The notes beneath the pieces are model-generated. The model was not told the DNA's origin. It did not search any database and saw only the letters and a list, made by a program, of their open reading frames with translations. Made by a program: the position numbers and the translations under genes. Shown piece after piece: positions 1 through 13,200 of a stretch of 64,000 nucleotides of DNA. Position 1 is the first letter of the stretch. The number at the start of each line of letters is the position of its first letter. Location: the NCBI GenBank assembly GCA_001655205.1, contig LPNZ01006811.1:60316-124315 (forward strand), in the 5' to 3' direction. This DNA comes from Lenisia limosa (taxonomy: Eukaryota > Protista > Breviatea).

Positions 1-1264
1 TTTGACAACAACTTCCAACTGATTGATGTTAAAAGAGAATAATTGAAATGAAAACCGTATCAGACTCAGAATAGGCCTTCTTAAAGGGAGTTAAAAACAC
101 CTTGGTCCTTTATGACCACCACCTCTCACTTCAGATTCACAACAATGGTGATGACTTAACAGCCTTCAACTGTCGACACACTCTCCTAACGCCTTCTCAT
201 GAATTGTTGTGCTGCTATCAGAGTCCCTAAAACGGTGAAAACTGTCAACCATTCACGAAATTACTGTTCCAAATCACCAATCATTGTGAACATAGAAGTG
301 GTTCTCTGTTTGGAGGTCTCAGAAGTTCATTTCAAGGCGTACACGAAAATTGTGAAGTCTTCCTGCCGAATCGCCGCTCCCAAAGTGACTTTCACTTTCA
401 AAAGAGAACACTACAAAAGTTAATAACAACTCACTCGTTTCCATGGCATTTCATCTTTTCTCTCTTGACATATCCCCCAAAAACTCACCAAAGCCTTCCC
501 CTTGGAATCTGACAGTGTCAGCTGTATTCGAGCACTTCAAGCAGCAAGATAAGAAAGCAGTTCGGCAGTCTGAAACTCCTTCTTTCTAAATCAGCGAAAT
601 TCCTCAAACACAAAGGAATAGTCTGGAATAGAAACTTTTCAAAGCAGATTCAAAGTGTTTTATTAGGTTATAAGAGAATAATTGTCGCTTACACCAGGAA
701 ACAGAGCTGTTATGATTTGGTGATGGTGTCACGGTGTCTCTTTGCGTCCCAAATCCTCAATAAATATCTACACAAGTCACAAAATAGGGATGAAAAAGAA
801 CAAACTTACATTTTCATAAAATGACCTGGGGAATCATGTCTGCTGTGATTACCACAAATCTGCCAGTAGTCAACAACAGAGGTATCCGCTCTCAATATCC
901 TCATCAAACTCCAAAATGGCGTGTCATGTTACTGGGACTCGGACTTTTGCACATGAAGTCCACGCACAGTGTCATTTTGAGCTACTTAGTTCTTGAAATG
1001 TAATTTCATTATGAATCAGCCAGGTACTCAAGGTTACAAGTTCAAATTGTCCCGTGTGCATCATGTGGAAGTTCTTTTGTCAACACTCTTGACATAAACG
1101 CATAAACTCATCAAATGCTCATCAAATGTCATTAACGAAACAGCTATAGACAGTTTTTTTGGATTGGAGATTTTTGGGTGTAAAGAACAGGAAAACTTAC
1201 CAAATATAGTAAGTTCAATATTGCTCTTTGCTCTCAGCCATTTTTCTTTCATCACCATTTCCAT
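1..1264 (-). CDS. Uncharacterised multi-exon gene (runs off the window edge; exon structure not resolved)
   Basis: Minus-strand donors (GTAAGT at ~1198, GTGAGT at ~488), a start ORF MEMVMKEKWLRAKSNIELTIF, and exon-like segments such as KEGVSDCRTAFLSCCLKCSNTADTVRFQGEGF. No family recognised. Confidence 0.3.
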
Positions 1265-1399
1265 GTCGTTTAACGAATATTTAACAAGCTTGTAACATTG
1301 CTATTGTTTTATTTGATGCTTAAGAATTCTCAATTTGATGTAAATAAGTTCGTACTTTGATGCAATTTCCGACACATGTCAAGGCCCCACTCTTGAACT

Positions 1400-1819
1400 C
1401 TTGAAGATGGAGCGTATACTATATATCATATGCTCTACCACTCCTCCTAGTCACCACATTTGTTCTGGACTTGTTATTCTTTACTGCTCTCAGCACTTGT
1501 AACATTATGGGAATATTGGTCATTTCAAGATTCCAGAAGCAGACGTTTTCGTTTCAACTATGAGTATCTTTTGGCAAGGTGACAACAACAGTATTTAGGT
1601 GGTGGTATTCCAATCCAGATTATGCTTTACCAGTTTGGTGAAGGTGAGACATTGTTATTAACATTATCGTACCTCCACAACTTTTGATAGAATTGACTTC
1701 TTTAGCTGGGAAATTCTCTTTTGGGAGAGCACTCGAACAAACAAGAACGAGAGGTAAAAATGGGTTGATTTTCCGTCACTTTTGTTTGTCTTCATTTCAA
1801 AATATTAGATCTGAAATAA
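1400..1819 (+). CDS. Possible small uncharacterised gene (5' end unresolved)
   Basis: A phase-consistent chain across three GT-AG introns gives ...IPEADVFVSTMSIFWQGGGIPIQIMLYQFGEELTSLAGKFSFGRALEQTRTRDLK* (TAA 1817-1819). One intron would be only 20 nt and no clean start codon was found. Confidence 0.2.
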
Positions 1820-1901
1820 TACATGCATTTGGAATAGTTGAATTGGTGGAAGGAAACATGTGAAGAAAAAAACCGAAAAATAACATTATACATCACGCAT
1901 A

Positions 1902-4900
1902 TCAGATGACAATATCATCCAAAGTGTCAGTAGCCACTAAAGTAGGCCCTGTTCTGAAGCATTTAATACGGTTACAGCCAAACCTTGACGGGGTTGCTGA
2001 TACCCTTGTATGTATTGAATCAAGGTCAACCGGAAGAGACGTTTGGTCCTTAGCCTTTTGAAGAGTTCTCTCTAAAGCAAAGTGACAATCGCCAAAGGGC
2101 AATTTCAGTATGACATCCATCAAACTCACCATTTTTGTCTCTTATTACATTAAGAGGTTTTATCGCATCAGTCCGTCCTATACATGTGGCTGGTATAAAG
2201 CCTAGTCTGAAGTCGACATCCACCAAAAGCCAACCACGAGGGTGCTATTGAGTTAACCTCCAAAAGGACGTACCTCTCTAAGAACAGTAACAGGTGTACC
2301 AACTGAAACGGTAATCTCGGCCTCTGACAGACCATAGTGTGGTGCTAACACCTAGTATTATGTCAAACCAATTACGGAAACGGCCTACCGAATGACTCTT
2401 ATAAGGGACTATGCTGCTGAGGGCGAATTCTATAGATGTCAATTTCAGGCAATTGACAAACCGGGGTCAAATTGGTAGAGAGGAGCTTGACAAGGGGGGG
2501 CGTAGTAGGCATCAAGGAAAGCGTCACAGTGGCGGTACTTCATACATGACTAAATTCAAGTCAGTCCCTGTGCTGATTAACTTGTCCCAAGCATACCGCA
2601 GATTTAGCCCTGCTCCGTGTCCTAGAGAATGATCAAGACTGCACACTTGTTATCTTACATAATATGACTTGTAGAAAAAGAAGGCTGGAACTTCTCAGAA
2701 GAGCTGAACAATGAAGATGAATGTGACAGTTGAAAGAAAAACCTCAAAACCAACTGGGTGGATGGGCATCTTCCTCTCGAGCCTGTTGCAATGAATTTCC
2801 CTTTCTTTGGTAGGGATTCTTCCAAATCTGGTTCCGAAGAACAACAGAAAATTCCAGCTGAGAGGGTCGAACTAGTTCTGACAAAGTCATCGCTATGCTG
2901 ACTGGATTTGGAATGCTGAGACGATGCAATACTTCCTCTTCGCTTCGATGACTGAACAGTATATGGCTGGAGCCTATGTGGAACTTCGGACCTTGTAACC
3001 GAAGCGTCAGCAGTTGTAGTCTACATAGTAAATTTGCCTCGCACAAACCGACCTCGTCATTTGTTGCACTGTTACTAAACTCTGCCTGCTTCTTTTCTTT
3101 TAAAACAAAATACACAACTACGCAAAGAAACATACTTGTACCCATCTGCAGTGTCAGATTCAAATGATTGCCGTAATAAGCCTACAGCAATAACCACAAT
3201 ATCCACATTTGATGATGCGGATGAAGCGGGTTCACTGGCGGCTCCCTTGGTACTCTCAGATGATGATACTGTCGTTTCTAGACTGTCACTGAACTTTAGT
3301 CCTACCACCAGGGTCATTTTCAACGGGAACGTGAGAAGGGAAAGCAGCGTCTTGTGAGAACTTCAACATGGCGCCTGTTGCAACATATGATCTACTGATT
3401 AGTTCAAACACACTTGCCCACTTGCCACTATCAAGGCTTAATTGCAGTTGCAAAGTTCTATTTGAAGGAACTCCTCCCAGTGGACAGTGTATCTGCCGCA
3501 ATGAACATGCAAAATTGTCCTACCAAAGAGCTTGTAATTGCAGTACCATGAGTGATTAGTGCTGCATCCCCAAGTTCACCATATCTACAAGATCAATGAC
3601 TTGTTCACAGTCCAAACCTGCATAGAACATTGCTGCTCGCAGCCTTCAAGTACGACCCGTGAACCTCTATGTAACCCCTGGTTGAATCAGAGTCTGAGAA
3701 GGTGTAACCAACGAGAGGGCGAAAAGTGGCACCACTTCAGGTTCGAGGAATGCCACTTCTGGTACACGGAAAACCGTAATCTAAAATGTTATCACAGCGT
3801 TGACTGCAGCCTACTTGAATCGTATCACCATGCAACTTCCCAGGCTTTGCAAGTTGAATGGACTGGAAAATGAAAAGGAATCTCATCTTACCATTTCTCC
3901 TGTTTCATACAGAGGAGGTATAGAGCATTTCAGTGTAGTTCTCCCCGTAAATATACATGCATCTGAGAGAAAAAACGCTCCAATTATGAGATCAAAGATA
4001 TCACTGTGGTATTATTGTGAGGTAAATTGGAGTCCAACCCTGATGACTGGATATCGCTTGTGCTGAGGTCAATCGAGGTGGTAAGGATGGATGAAATGGC
4101 CAATGGGAATACAGCGATGATGTTAGGTGATTGAGGCCCATTGATAACTTCAATGCAATTAGATTTCCAGCAGCTAGATTGTAAAACTGACAAGTGTACC
4201 CTTACATATGGTTTTCATAGCAGTGTTCATCTTCACTACAGGTTGGAAGGCACATGTTGTCCTGGCACGCTAGTCCATTAGGACACATTGTCGGAGGTCT
4301 TCAACGATAAGTTGCTCTGACAATTACAACACCTACAATGATCGGCATTGTCCCTGATAGCAAACACCATTGGAACTGATTGATGAAGAAGTTAAACAAG
4401 TGGAGTTATCTGTAATGTGAAAACCGTATGAGGTCAAACCAGATCCACAAGTGATCCCATTTTCCAGAAGAATGCAAGAGCCGAGGGCGGAGCACACCTG
4501 ACAAGTTCCACTGCATTGAGATTGACAGCATCTAATTAATGAGAATAAAACGTTTGAATTGCTGCTTGAAACATACCTACCACCATTACAGACTCCAGAT
4601 GAGCATTCGAGACTTGAAGTACAAAGACTGCCGGGGGTCTTGTTGATAAGATCACAATGGCACTTACTTTTTTCAAAGAATCACAAATATGCACTTCACA
4701 GGTCATTTCAGAATCAGGTTTAGTTAAATTGGCACATTTGAAATAACTACACATAAGATGCAAAATAAACTCACCTGACCATGATATCTGTATCTCGCAC
4801 ACACCAGATATTGCGTATTTTGACACTCTTTTGGTCATTTATTGTGCAAAGAGGGGAGCAGGAAGACCACTCAGATGATTTCCATTCATAATCAACCACT

Positions 4901-7900
4901 AGAGAATTGTTAGTGTCTTCAATCTAACCTGAGCATGTTGGTATAAGTGGGAGTGAACCATCACTTTCACAAAGGAGAGCAACGGCAGATTCAGATGGCT
5001 CATTGACAGAAAAGCGATACCCTGAAGTATAAGAACTTAGTACAGCACACCAATATCACATTTTAGGACACAGTTGGTCCCAGCTTCAACATCATCACAG
5101 TTATGAGTAGCATGGTCGACATGACCTAATGCACATCTAAAAGTTTAACCCATTCCAACTTTGTTACACACATACTTGCAATTTTCAGTATTACAGTCCT
5201 GCTGAAGAATTGGAGACGGTCCACAGAATTCTTCCAGACCCAAGTCACCATTAAGATATTCACAAGTAGCATTTCGAAACTACAATGTCAAAGAAACATC
5301 AAACTCACCATGACCCCTCCGCCACATGAAGTTGTACATTCGGTCCAATTAGTGAGAACCCAATTTGGGCACGCTTCAGGGTTACAGGCAGTGACCATCT
5401 CAAAGTTAAAATAAAACATTAAGTTTTCTTACTTGGGGCCCCAAGCCGTCACATGCAGCGAGTGGAACAGTCAACCCATTTGACTCACAGAGTACCTGAC
5501 AGTTAAAACTGCAATATTAGACACTCACCAATCGTGTCAATATTCCTCCACCACAAGGTTTATCGCAATCTGTCCAATTGGATCTAGAACATCAGTGCAA
5601 ATTCTCAAAGGATCCCTCACTTAATCACCCAGTCTGCATGACAAATGGGGTTTAAACATTCTCTTGTTGATGGTGGTGGAGGAACGTCACATTTGTCAGC
5701 AGAATAAATAGTCCCTGAAGTCAGGCGATGTTCTAAATATCCCCACCTTCGGAATCAACACATCGTACAATGCGATTTTGCGTTCCCTGTGTTAAGCAGC
5801 CAATGCAAGGGCCCCACTTTCCAGTCTCCCATTGGATTGAGGAACTTTTCAGAATGGGAAGCGATGTGCAAGTACCAGATCTGAGCTGTCATTTGTGCCA
5901 GAGGAACCAACCGGCACAATGAGCCATTTTCATCACACAACACCCCGTCTGGGTAAGACAATGCAGGTGTGTAGAACCAGCAGACTGAAGCTCCCTAAAA
6001 GAAAACAATTAACGACACTATCCAGGTACAATGTTAAAACCATCCTGGCCAACCTCTGGTACACATTTTTGATTTGAACATTGAGGGTATCCTGGGCACA
6101 GGGACCAATTTCCTTCTGGCCATAGAGTATCACAGGTCTGTTGTTGGCTTTGACAAGTACCCTCGTAACACCTATCATGTCAAATTAACTCCAAGTCAAA
6201 CCTAGCTTGTGAAATGCCTGAATTAGAAGCATAACCATCCACACATATGGAACCTGGCGCCACAACACGATCTGATTTGTTATCACAAAAACACTGACCA
6301 GGACAATCTGACGTTGTACCCGAGCAGGAGTCTTCAATATCACATTGACCTGATGCTTCACGACAGATGAATCCCTCTGGCTGGAAACGGCAATATGATG
6401 TGCAACATGCGTCTAAGGAGCTAAAAGAGTCATATTACCATCTTCTTGGAACAAACCTGCATTCTGCACCTGCCGCAAAAATACAAAGTTCTGTGCAGCA
6501 TTTGTCTTCAGAACACCCCAGAGGCCCACAGTCACAGTCTTCACCATCGTCAACAATACCATTACCACATGACTCTAAACTGGCCGTTCCAGGGTCTAAT
6601 AATCAGATGTCATTTGCTTGTACTTACCATCCACATCAATGCAAGTATTAGAAAGCCCAGAGAGAAATGTGTCAATATTGTCACTTGACTCTTTCGTCCA
6701 AAACGATGTTTGTGTTGTTGATGTTTCATGCATAATCTGGATGTAAAATGGACAATGTTGCTTACCGAATTCGGAGTATCAATATGCGAAAGTCCAAGGT
6801 TGTGTCCAATCTGTAAAGTTAGTAAACCAATGACAAACTTCATGAGCTATGACAATCGATTGAAGAAAAGAAGTTCTTGAGAAGTGGGGAGCAGTGCTCG
6901 AGAGTGAGGATGAATATCCAATTTGGCTGCACATTCCTAAAATAATGACAACTTCTGAAATGGACAGTGGCTCACCGCCAACGTAGCCATAACCCATAAT
7001 GTTGTCTTCAAATGAGAGTCCTCTACAACTGTAATAAACAATACAGCCCAACGTCAAAAGATGCGCATTATCACTGAACACTTCAAAGTCTGACAACCAG
7101 TCCTTGAACGCGGTAAGTAACTCCCCAGGTGAAGGATCAACAAGATCCCAAGGGTCAGATGCTAAATGGTCATCCAAGTTGAGTACTGATTACCGGTGAA
7201 GGCTGAAATGCTCTTTGCTCGAAGTCGCACCTAAAGGTTTGTTAAAAGTGGATTAGTCACCAACCTGGACTTTGGCCATTTCATCTCTCATTTGAAATAT
7301 TAAATCGGCACCATTTAAAAGAGCTAATGCAGAATCCAGTGTGGAATCACCATTACCTGATATGTCAATTTACAGCAAATTTCCCACGAATGTATCTTTT
7401 GTGATCGCTGAACAATGCTACTTCAATGAACCTAAAACGTCAGTACCGCATTTATTGAATTGAGTTCGGACCTTGTTGATGATTCTCCACGCTTGGCGTC
7501 CCTACGTTTCGGTTGGAGAGGACTTGTAGGCGCCTTTGGATGATGAATGCAGTTTGACATTTGCTAAAGAGAATAAGGAACAGTATCAACATCTGTGTGT
7601 CAAATCCACCAACTGGGGCTTCCTGCCAAGCTATAATCCAGTCAAGAGAGTCAGCCACTGGCTAAATCGTGTCAGGCAGGCAAAAAAGTAACATACCATT
7701 TCACGAACTTTTCCTGCAATTTCAGAAGCAAACTTCTTAAAAGTGCCCAGTGACTCCAAAATTATTGAATAGTTTCGGAACTGCACAGTTATACCTTTTA
7801 TTCTCCTCTTCTCCTCTTACTGCAACAAAACCACTGAATCCGGAACACATTGAGATTGCAGCGTGTCCGTATTCCTACTGAGTTGACCAATATTAGAACC

Positions 7901-8418
7901 TACATTCGTTGTTTGATCAAGCACTTGTCCTTGGTAGTGGCAATTAACGATGTTGGCAGTGGCGTAGCTCTGTGGCGATAGCAGCTGAATGTCATTCCAA
8001 CAGGCGACCTACCGAGTCACTCCGATGCAAGTCAATGACGAACGCCTAAATCGTTAAAACAGAAGTTCGTCAAAGTTGTGGACTCACACTATTGAATGCC
8101 GAGATCTTAATACCAAATTCTGTCGTTGGGTACTGCCCATGGGCATCGCGCGTTACTCGACCCTTAGACTGTTCAGAAGCCGGAGTAATTCACAACCGAA
8201 CACAGCTACAAAAATGCTGTCGCATTCCTCTTTATATGAGCATAATTATTTCTCCCCAAACCCGTTTGACTTGAACAAGATCGAAGTTCGTGGATGTAGT
8301 TTCATCGTGTATGGTGACCGCTCCTTGGAGTAGGTTAGGCACGGGGGCGTCACTTACTCAATGAGCAAACACAACAGAAAAAGAACAAAAGGAAGGAGGC
8401 TGGTTGAAATCTGAACAT
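1902..8418 (-). CDS. ADAM/ADAMTS-like type I membrane zinc metalloprotease: signal peptide, prodomain, M12B, disintegrin, ADAM Cys-rich, TSP1 x4, sushi-like, Cys-rich, IPT/TIG-like, TM, cytoplasmic SH3
   Basis: Signal peptide MFRFQPASFLLFFFCCVCSL (ATG 8418). Spliced zinc motif HE|IGHNLGLSH (6784-6844, 28-nt intron 6811-6838) followed by a Met-turn IM. Disintegrin CGNGIVDDGEDCDCG...CREASGQCDIEDSCSGTTSDCP. TSP1 motifs WETGKWGPC, SNWTDCDKPCGGG, TNWTECTTSCGGG, YEWKSSEWSSCS. TM IVVIAMGTSMFLCVVVYFVL-KEKK. SH3-like segment at ~2175-2352. TGA at 1902-1904. Confidence 0.9.
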
Positions 8419-8546
8419 AGAACCTTATTTATAAGTATTCAGCTTGGGGAAGGCTGCTATAAAGTCATTGTCAATCAACAGTGTGATCCCAAAAAAATTC
8501 TAGCATGATTTGAGAGAATTTACATCCTATAATTAATTCACTGATA

Positions 8547-10077
8547 ATGGTAATATATAATACACTTAACCAGAACAAGATTCCAAGGTTATTACACTTG
8601 TTCGGAAGAGCTGGCAATGGTCCAAACTTGCGCTCAGGCTTGCCTTTTTGGCAAAAACCGCATGTCCTGTGCCCCTTTTGTTTGGACGACTTGGTGGCTT
8701 ATCGTGGATTTCAATCGATAGGGTGAGGTTGTTTTACTGGATTCCCAACAGACTTTTCATCTAGCCTTACCTCCCAGCTTCCTTCTCTTGTTACTGGCGC
8801 TGTATTTTCCCTAGAAATCTCTTAAGACCCAAATCTACGAAATTGACACACCCTCATGTTGAATGGGTAGCTACCGACCGTACTCTGACCCTCAACTTCT
8901 CGCTCTTGACGCTGACGAGCCAATTGCAGTCACCTTTCGGTCCACACTCGAGAAGGCCTCCACTTTTGAGCTTTTGTTTTCCGAAGGGACGGATGTGTAC
9001 TCGGCCCTCTACCCTGACGATACGGTTTGCGATCAAGGACCTGGTGTATATCCTCGGAACCAGAAATATCAGGAAAAGGATGTTCACCATCGCTTTATTC
9101 CTATAATGCAGTACCTCACCTTTTTAGCTTCCCTCTGTTTGTTTTTCAATGAAAGGCAAGGTAGCACCCGTGCCCATTTCCAAGGCGCAGATACAGGGTA
9201 TGGGAGATGATTAATAGGATGAGGAAAAACAAATAATGATAGGAGTATTTTTTCATATATCAAGATTACCGACCTTACTTTGGTGATAGAAATGAAATAG
9301 GGGGGGGGGGTGATAAACAGAAACAACAAACGAAAATGTAACATAGGATCCAACCCAACTTGGATCCAACTGTCTTTTTTCGTTGCTTGTGTGGTTTTGC
9401 ACAACTTATCAATATGTTGAAGACAAACAAGATAGCAATTAGCAATAATCAACACTTGACATTTATCAGAGTTGACTATTTCAGATATCTCATTGTTTGA
9501 ACGCAATTTATCCGAATTCCACAAGAACATGGGTAAATCTCGGCATTTCTTTGTTTGTGAGAGGGGAATTGATACTTAAAAATAAGACCAATATTTTATC
9601 CACTGATGGATCTTTCAGGCTTCTCAATGATACTCATGCTCATCGGGCTTGTCTGTCTCTACTCAACTACCATCACTTGTAGTGTGCTCGGATATGACCA
9701 CGTTGTGAGTTGGGGCTTGGCTGTGGTGCCCATCAATTACATGTATCGATATCATAACTAGATTGTTGCTCTTGAGATGTATAAATGATACAATGGCATT
9801 TTATTGGCCTGCTACATTTGATTATGTTCTAACACTTTAGATTGAGAAGCTTCCTTCCTTATCTTCATTCTCTCTGTTTGCTCTTTTGGCCATTTCGCTG
9901 AGATTATCTTTCCTTTATCTCAAAGAAGACAAGTGGGTGAAGGGTTTGAAACAATTTCAGTTTCAGTCATAACAAACCAGGCTGATGTATGGTGCAAACC
10001 GAGTTCTTTCTGCCTATCATGTGACTTTCAAAACAGCTTCTGGTCAGCTGTTTATTCATCGAGATGAGATAGAGTAG
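8547..10077 (+). CDS. Uncharacterised multi-exon gene, probably a membrane protein
   Basis: Plus-strand GT/AG sites and exons such as DADEPIAVTFRSTLEKASTFELLFSEGTDVYSALYPDD and hydrophobic GFSMILMLIGLVCLYSTTITCSVLG. The frame of several exons is ambiguous and no family was recognised. Confidence 0.4.
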
Positions 10078-10222
10078 ACCCATGTATGTTTCACTTCCCT
10101 TCTAGTTTTTGACTTGTTTATTTAATGTTTACCTCAAAAAGGGGCAAAATCTTAATCTAATGTACACATCTTAGGGTATTGCTTCTTGACCTAACAACAG
10201 CAAAGCTCTCTAAAACGTGAGA

Positions 10223-13200
10223 TCATAGCAACATACAGTTTACAAAGGATGCCACCGCCTCCCATAGCCCGGTTGAGGCAGAAGAGCTGGGACGGCCCAT
10301 TTTGAGATCATCATTATCATGCTGGTCTTCAATGTCGACTGTGCTACAGCCACCAGTGGTCAGAGATCTAAGGGTTAGCTAATTCTCCAGACCACACACC
10401 TATTAAACTTATCACCGCAGCTGTGGATCAGATTGCACAAAGTGACAGAAAGGCGATGGCATTTGAGAGAGCCGTAGTCGCAGTCAATGTTCTGCACACT
10501 GCCGCCTTGTAGCCCCACTTTCGGGACCATATCAAGTCTGGGAATGACGGAGACTGCTCGAGAATTGACCTCGCTCCACGTGACATTGAAGGACATTCGA
10601 CTGTGGTGTGAGTTTCATCATGCCAAAAGTTTCAAAAGGACAGCTCCACCTACCCCAGGAGAATTCCGGGTCCGGAAAAGGCCACACTCGGAATAGCTTG
10701 TCGCGCTGCCACGATCTTAACCACCGCTCCTCCCAAAGAGTGACCAGTTATGATGAACTTTCTTCCAGGATTGTCTTTGATGTGTCTAAAGAAATGAAGA
10801 AGGATGGAGGCCCAACTCACTCTCTGACAACATCATCTACGACTCTCCAGTAGCCGCGACCCTCGGTACGGAACGTGTTCTGAAACACTGACATTCCATA
10901 GACCTATTCATCAGATACACAGTGAGTGCCTACAAGAGGGGCCGAGAGATTAGCAGGTAGAACTGGCGATATCGGTGTAACGAGCGCGGAGGAACCAAGC
11001 ATGTCCAAATCTGCTGTTTAGCTAATCAAAGAGGTTCAGTTACCTTCAACCCAGTCTGCCATTGCAGAGGTTCCCCTAACTGCTATCACGGTCAGAGGCT
11101 CAAGGTCTTGCTATAGTTGTAAATATTCCATTGAAGTGACTTTTGTCATGGGCTATTGGATCTGGGCTTACATCCAATCGCTGAAAGGCATATGCCTGAG
11201 CAGGATGAACCTCCAGTTTTGTCACTGCGTATTGTTCACCAAACCATGTGTGCAGGTCCTTCATTAGGTTCCTGGACAATATGAGAGGTCAAATAACGTT
11301 CAATAGCGGGATGACTATCAACAAACCCTTCATCAATGTCGTAATAAGACAGCTTGGAGAAGAAGCCGAGATCTACAACTGAGAGGCCATACCAATCAGC
11401 ATGGCAGATTTCATAGGACATTGTTGGGTCAATCTATGATAAGTTATGTTGTGCTCTTTACAAACCTTGGTGTACGTGTTGTTCAGACCAACAGGTTCAT
11501 ACACCCAGTCTGATTGGACTTTATCACCAAACATGAGGGCTAAGGCACCAACCAAAACCATGACACTCACAAAGAACATGACAACACCACTGAATGGTAA
11601 AAAAAGGAAAGTCCAAGGTGCTCACCTTGACGTGGTTTGCTGCATGTCCCAAAGAAGAGGGACCAAGAAAACAGCCAAGAGCATCACCCATCCAATACCT
11701 AAGAAGTCATGCGAAAAGCTATACGATCTCGGATAGAGAGGGGAACAGACCTGAAGTGAAACCGAAGACAATGAGAGCTGTAGCAATGGCAACCGCGTAG
11801 ATGAAGAAGAACAAAAGGACCATAATGAAACGAACCACTTCTGACTTGGACAAACGAGATGTACCTATGGAATTACAGGATTCTTACGACTACAAACTTT
11901 TTTCAATTCTGAACATTCTTCGAAGGTTTCTCTTCCATCTGTGTCCAATTGAATGTCTTGGCTAAAGGATGATGATAATTGGAAACTTCATTAAAAACTC
12001 CATTTTAACCCCCGTTGTTCCCTACCCTAAGTCCTTGAGAAGATGAGAAATCACGATCCTCTCCAGGTGCAGCTTCAAGGGGAGTAAGTTCACCCTGAGT
12101 GGTCAGTATGTGTAGTAAGGATAGCGAACACATACCTCATCGCTTTCATTGACAAAGAAGGTGTACAGGTGTTCGAGTTTAGAAGAGAATGATGCAGATA
12201 AAATGAGCATGATAGACACCACAAATACAAGGCCAGAGACAACTGTACAATCAGAAAATAAACAAAATGTTTGCTTGCATATGGAGATAGTAATTTCGCT
12301 AAACTGTTGTGTGACACCCAACAAACTTGCGATTTCAGTTGAAACAAGTCCGACAAAGAGGACAACAAGAATTGATACCATCAAGCTTGGAACGCAAATT
12401 GAGATTGCCTGGGGGAGGGGGTAAAAAAAAACCCCTCGAAAAAACAACATACTCTAGCACGGAAAGCGATTTTCCTTTTGAGGAACGGGTCACCTGTTCG
12501 AGCGGCATGATAAGCACGCCACTCAGTCACTGCAGTATTGGCCAATAGTATTGACATAACAAAGAGAACTGTTTTTGTTAATACAAAGAATATTAAGGGT
12601 ATGCAAAAGAGAAATAACTCACTTGGAAGTGGGACAAACATCCAACGCTTCCCAATCATATGCAAGGGGTTCACAGCCAACACAGTAATGAGTCCAATGA
12701 AAGCCAACACTGAAAAGGTCAATAATAGTAGCACTTACAAGAGAGTAGCGCCAGCATGGTCTTGGTAGCAACTCGTTTCTACATGGATTACTTCAGTTGA
12801 ATTGCTGGTTGCAAACTCTTGAGATATGCGAGTCCACTTCAGGGCTGTGCGGTTCCCAATAAGTAACACAGCAATGAAGAACAGCTAATCAGTTAGAAAG
12901 TACCTTGGAGCAAAACTACAGAGAGCCCCATTGACCTGCCACTCCCCGGTCTGTGTCTGGAGCTGGTCGGAACTCGCGAGGAGGAAAGGAAGCACTCTGT
13001 AATATAAGGTCAAAACGACAGGTAACGCCCTATAAAATTCCTGAAGTCCGCTCACTCTTGCAGCTGCAATGATATTTATGAAGAAGGCCAAAAGAGTAAT
13101 AACAAGGGCTGCCCCCGTGCCAGAGAAAAAAAATATTTGAAGAACCACTACTGAAGAAGCTGGGGGAGGGGGTTAGTGGGAAGTCATAAAGCACGTAATT

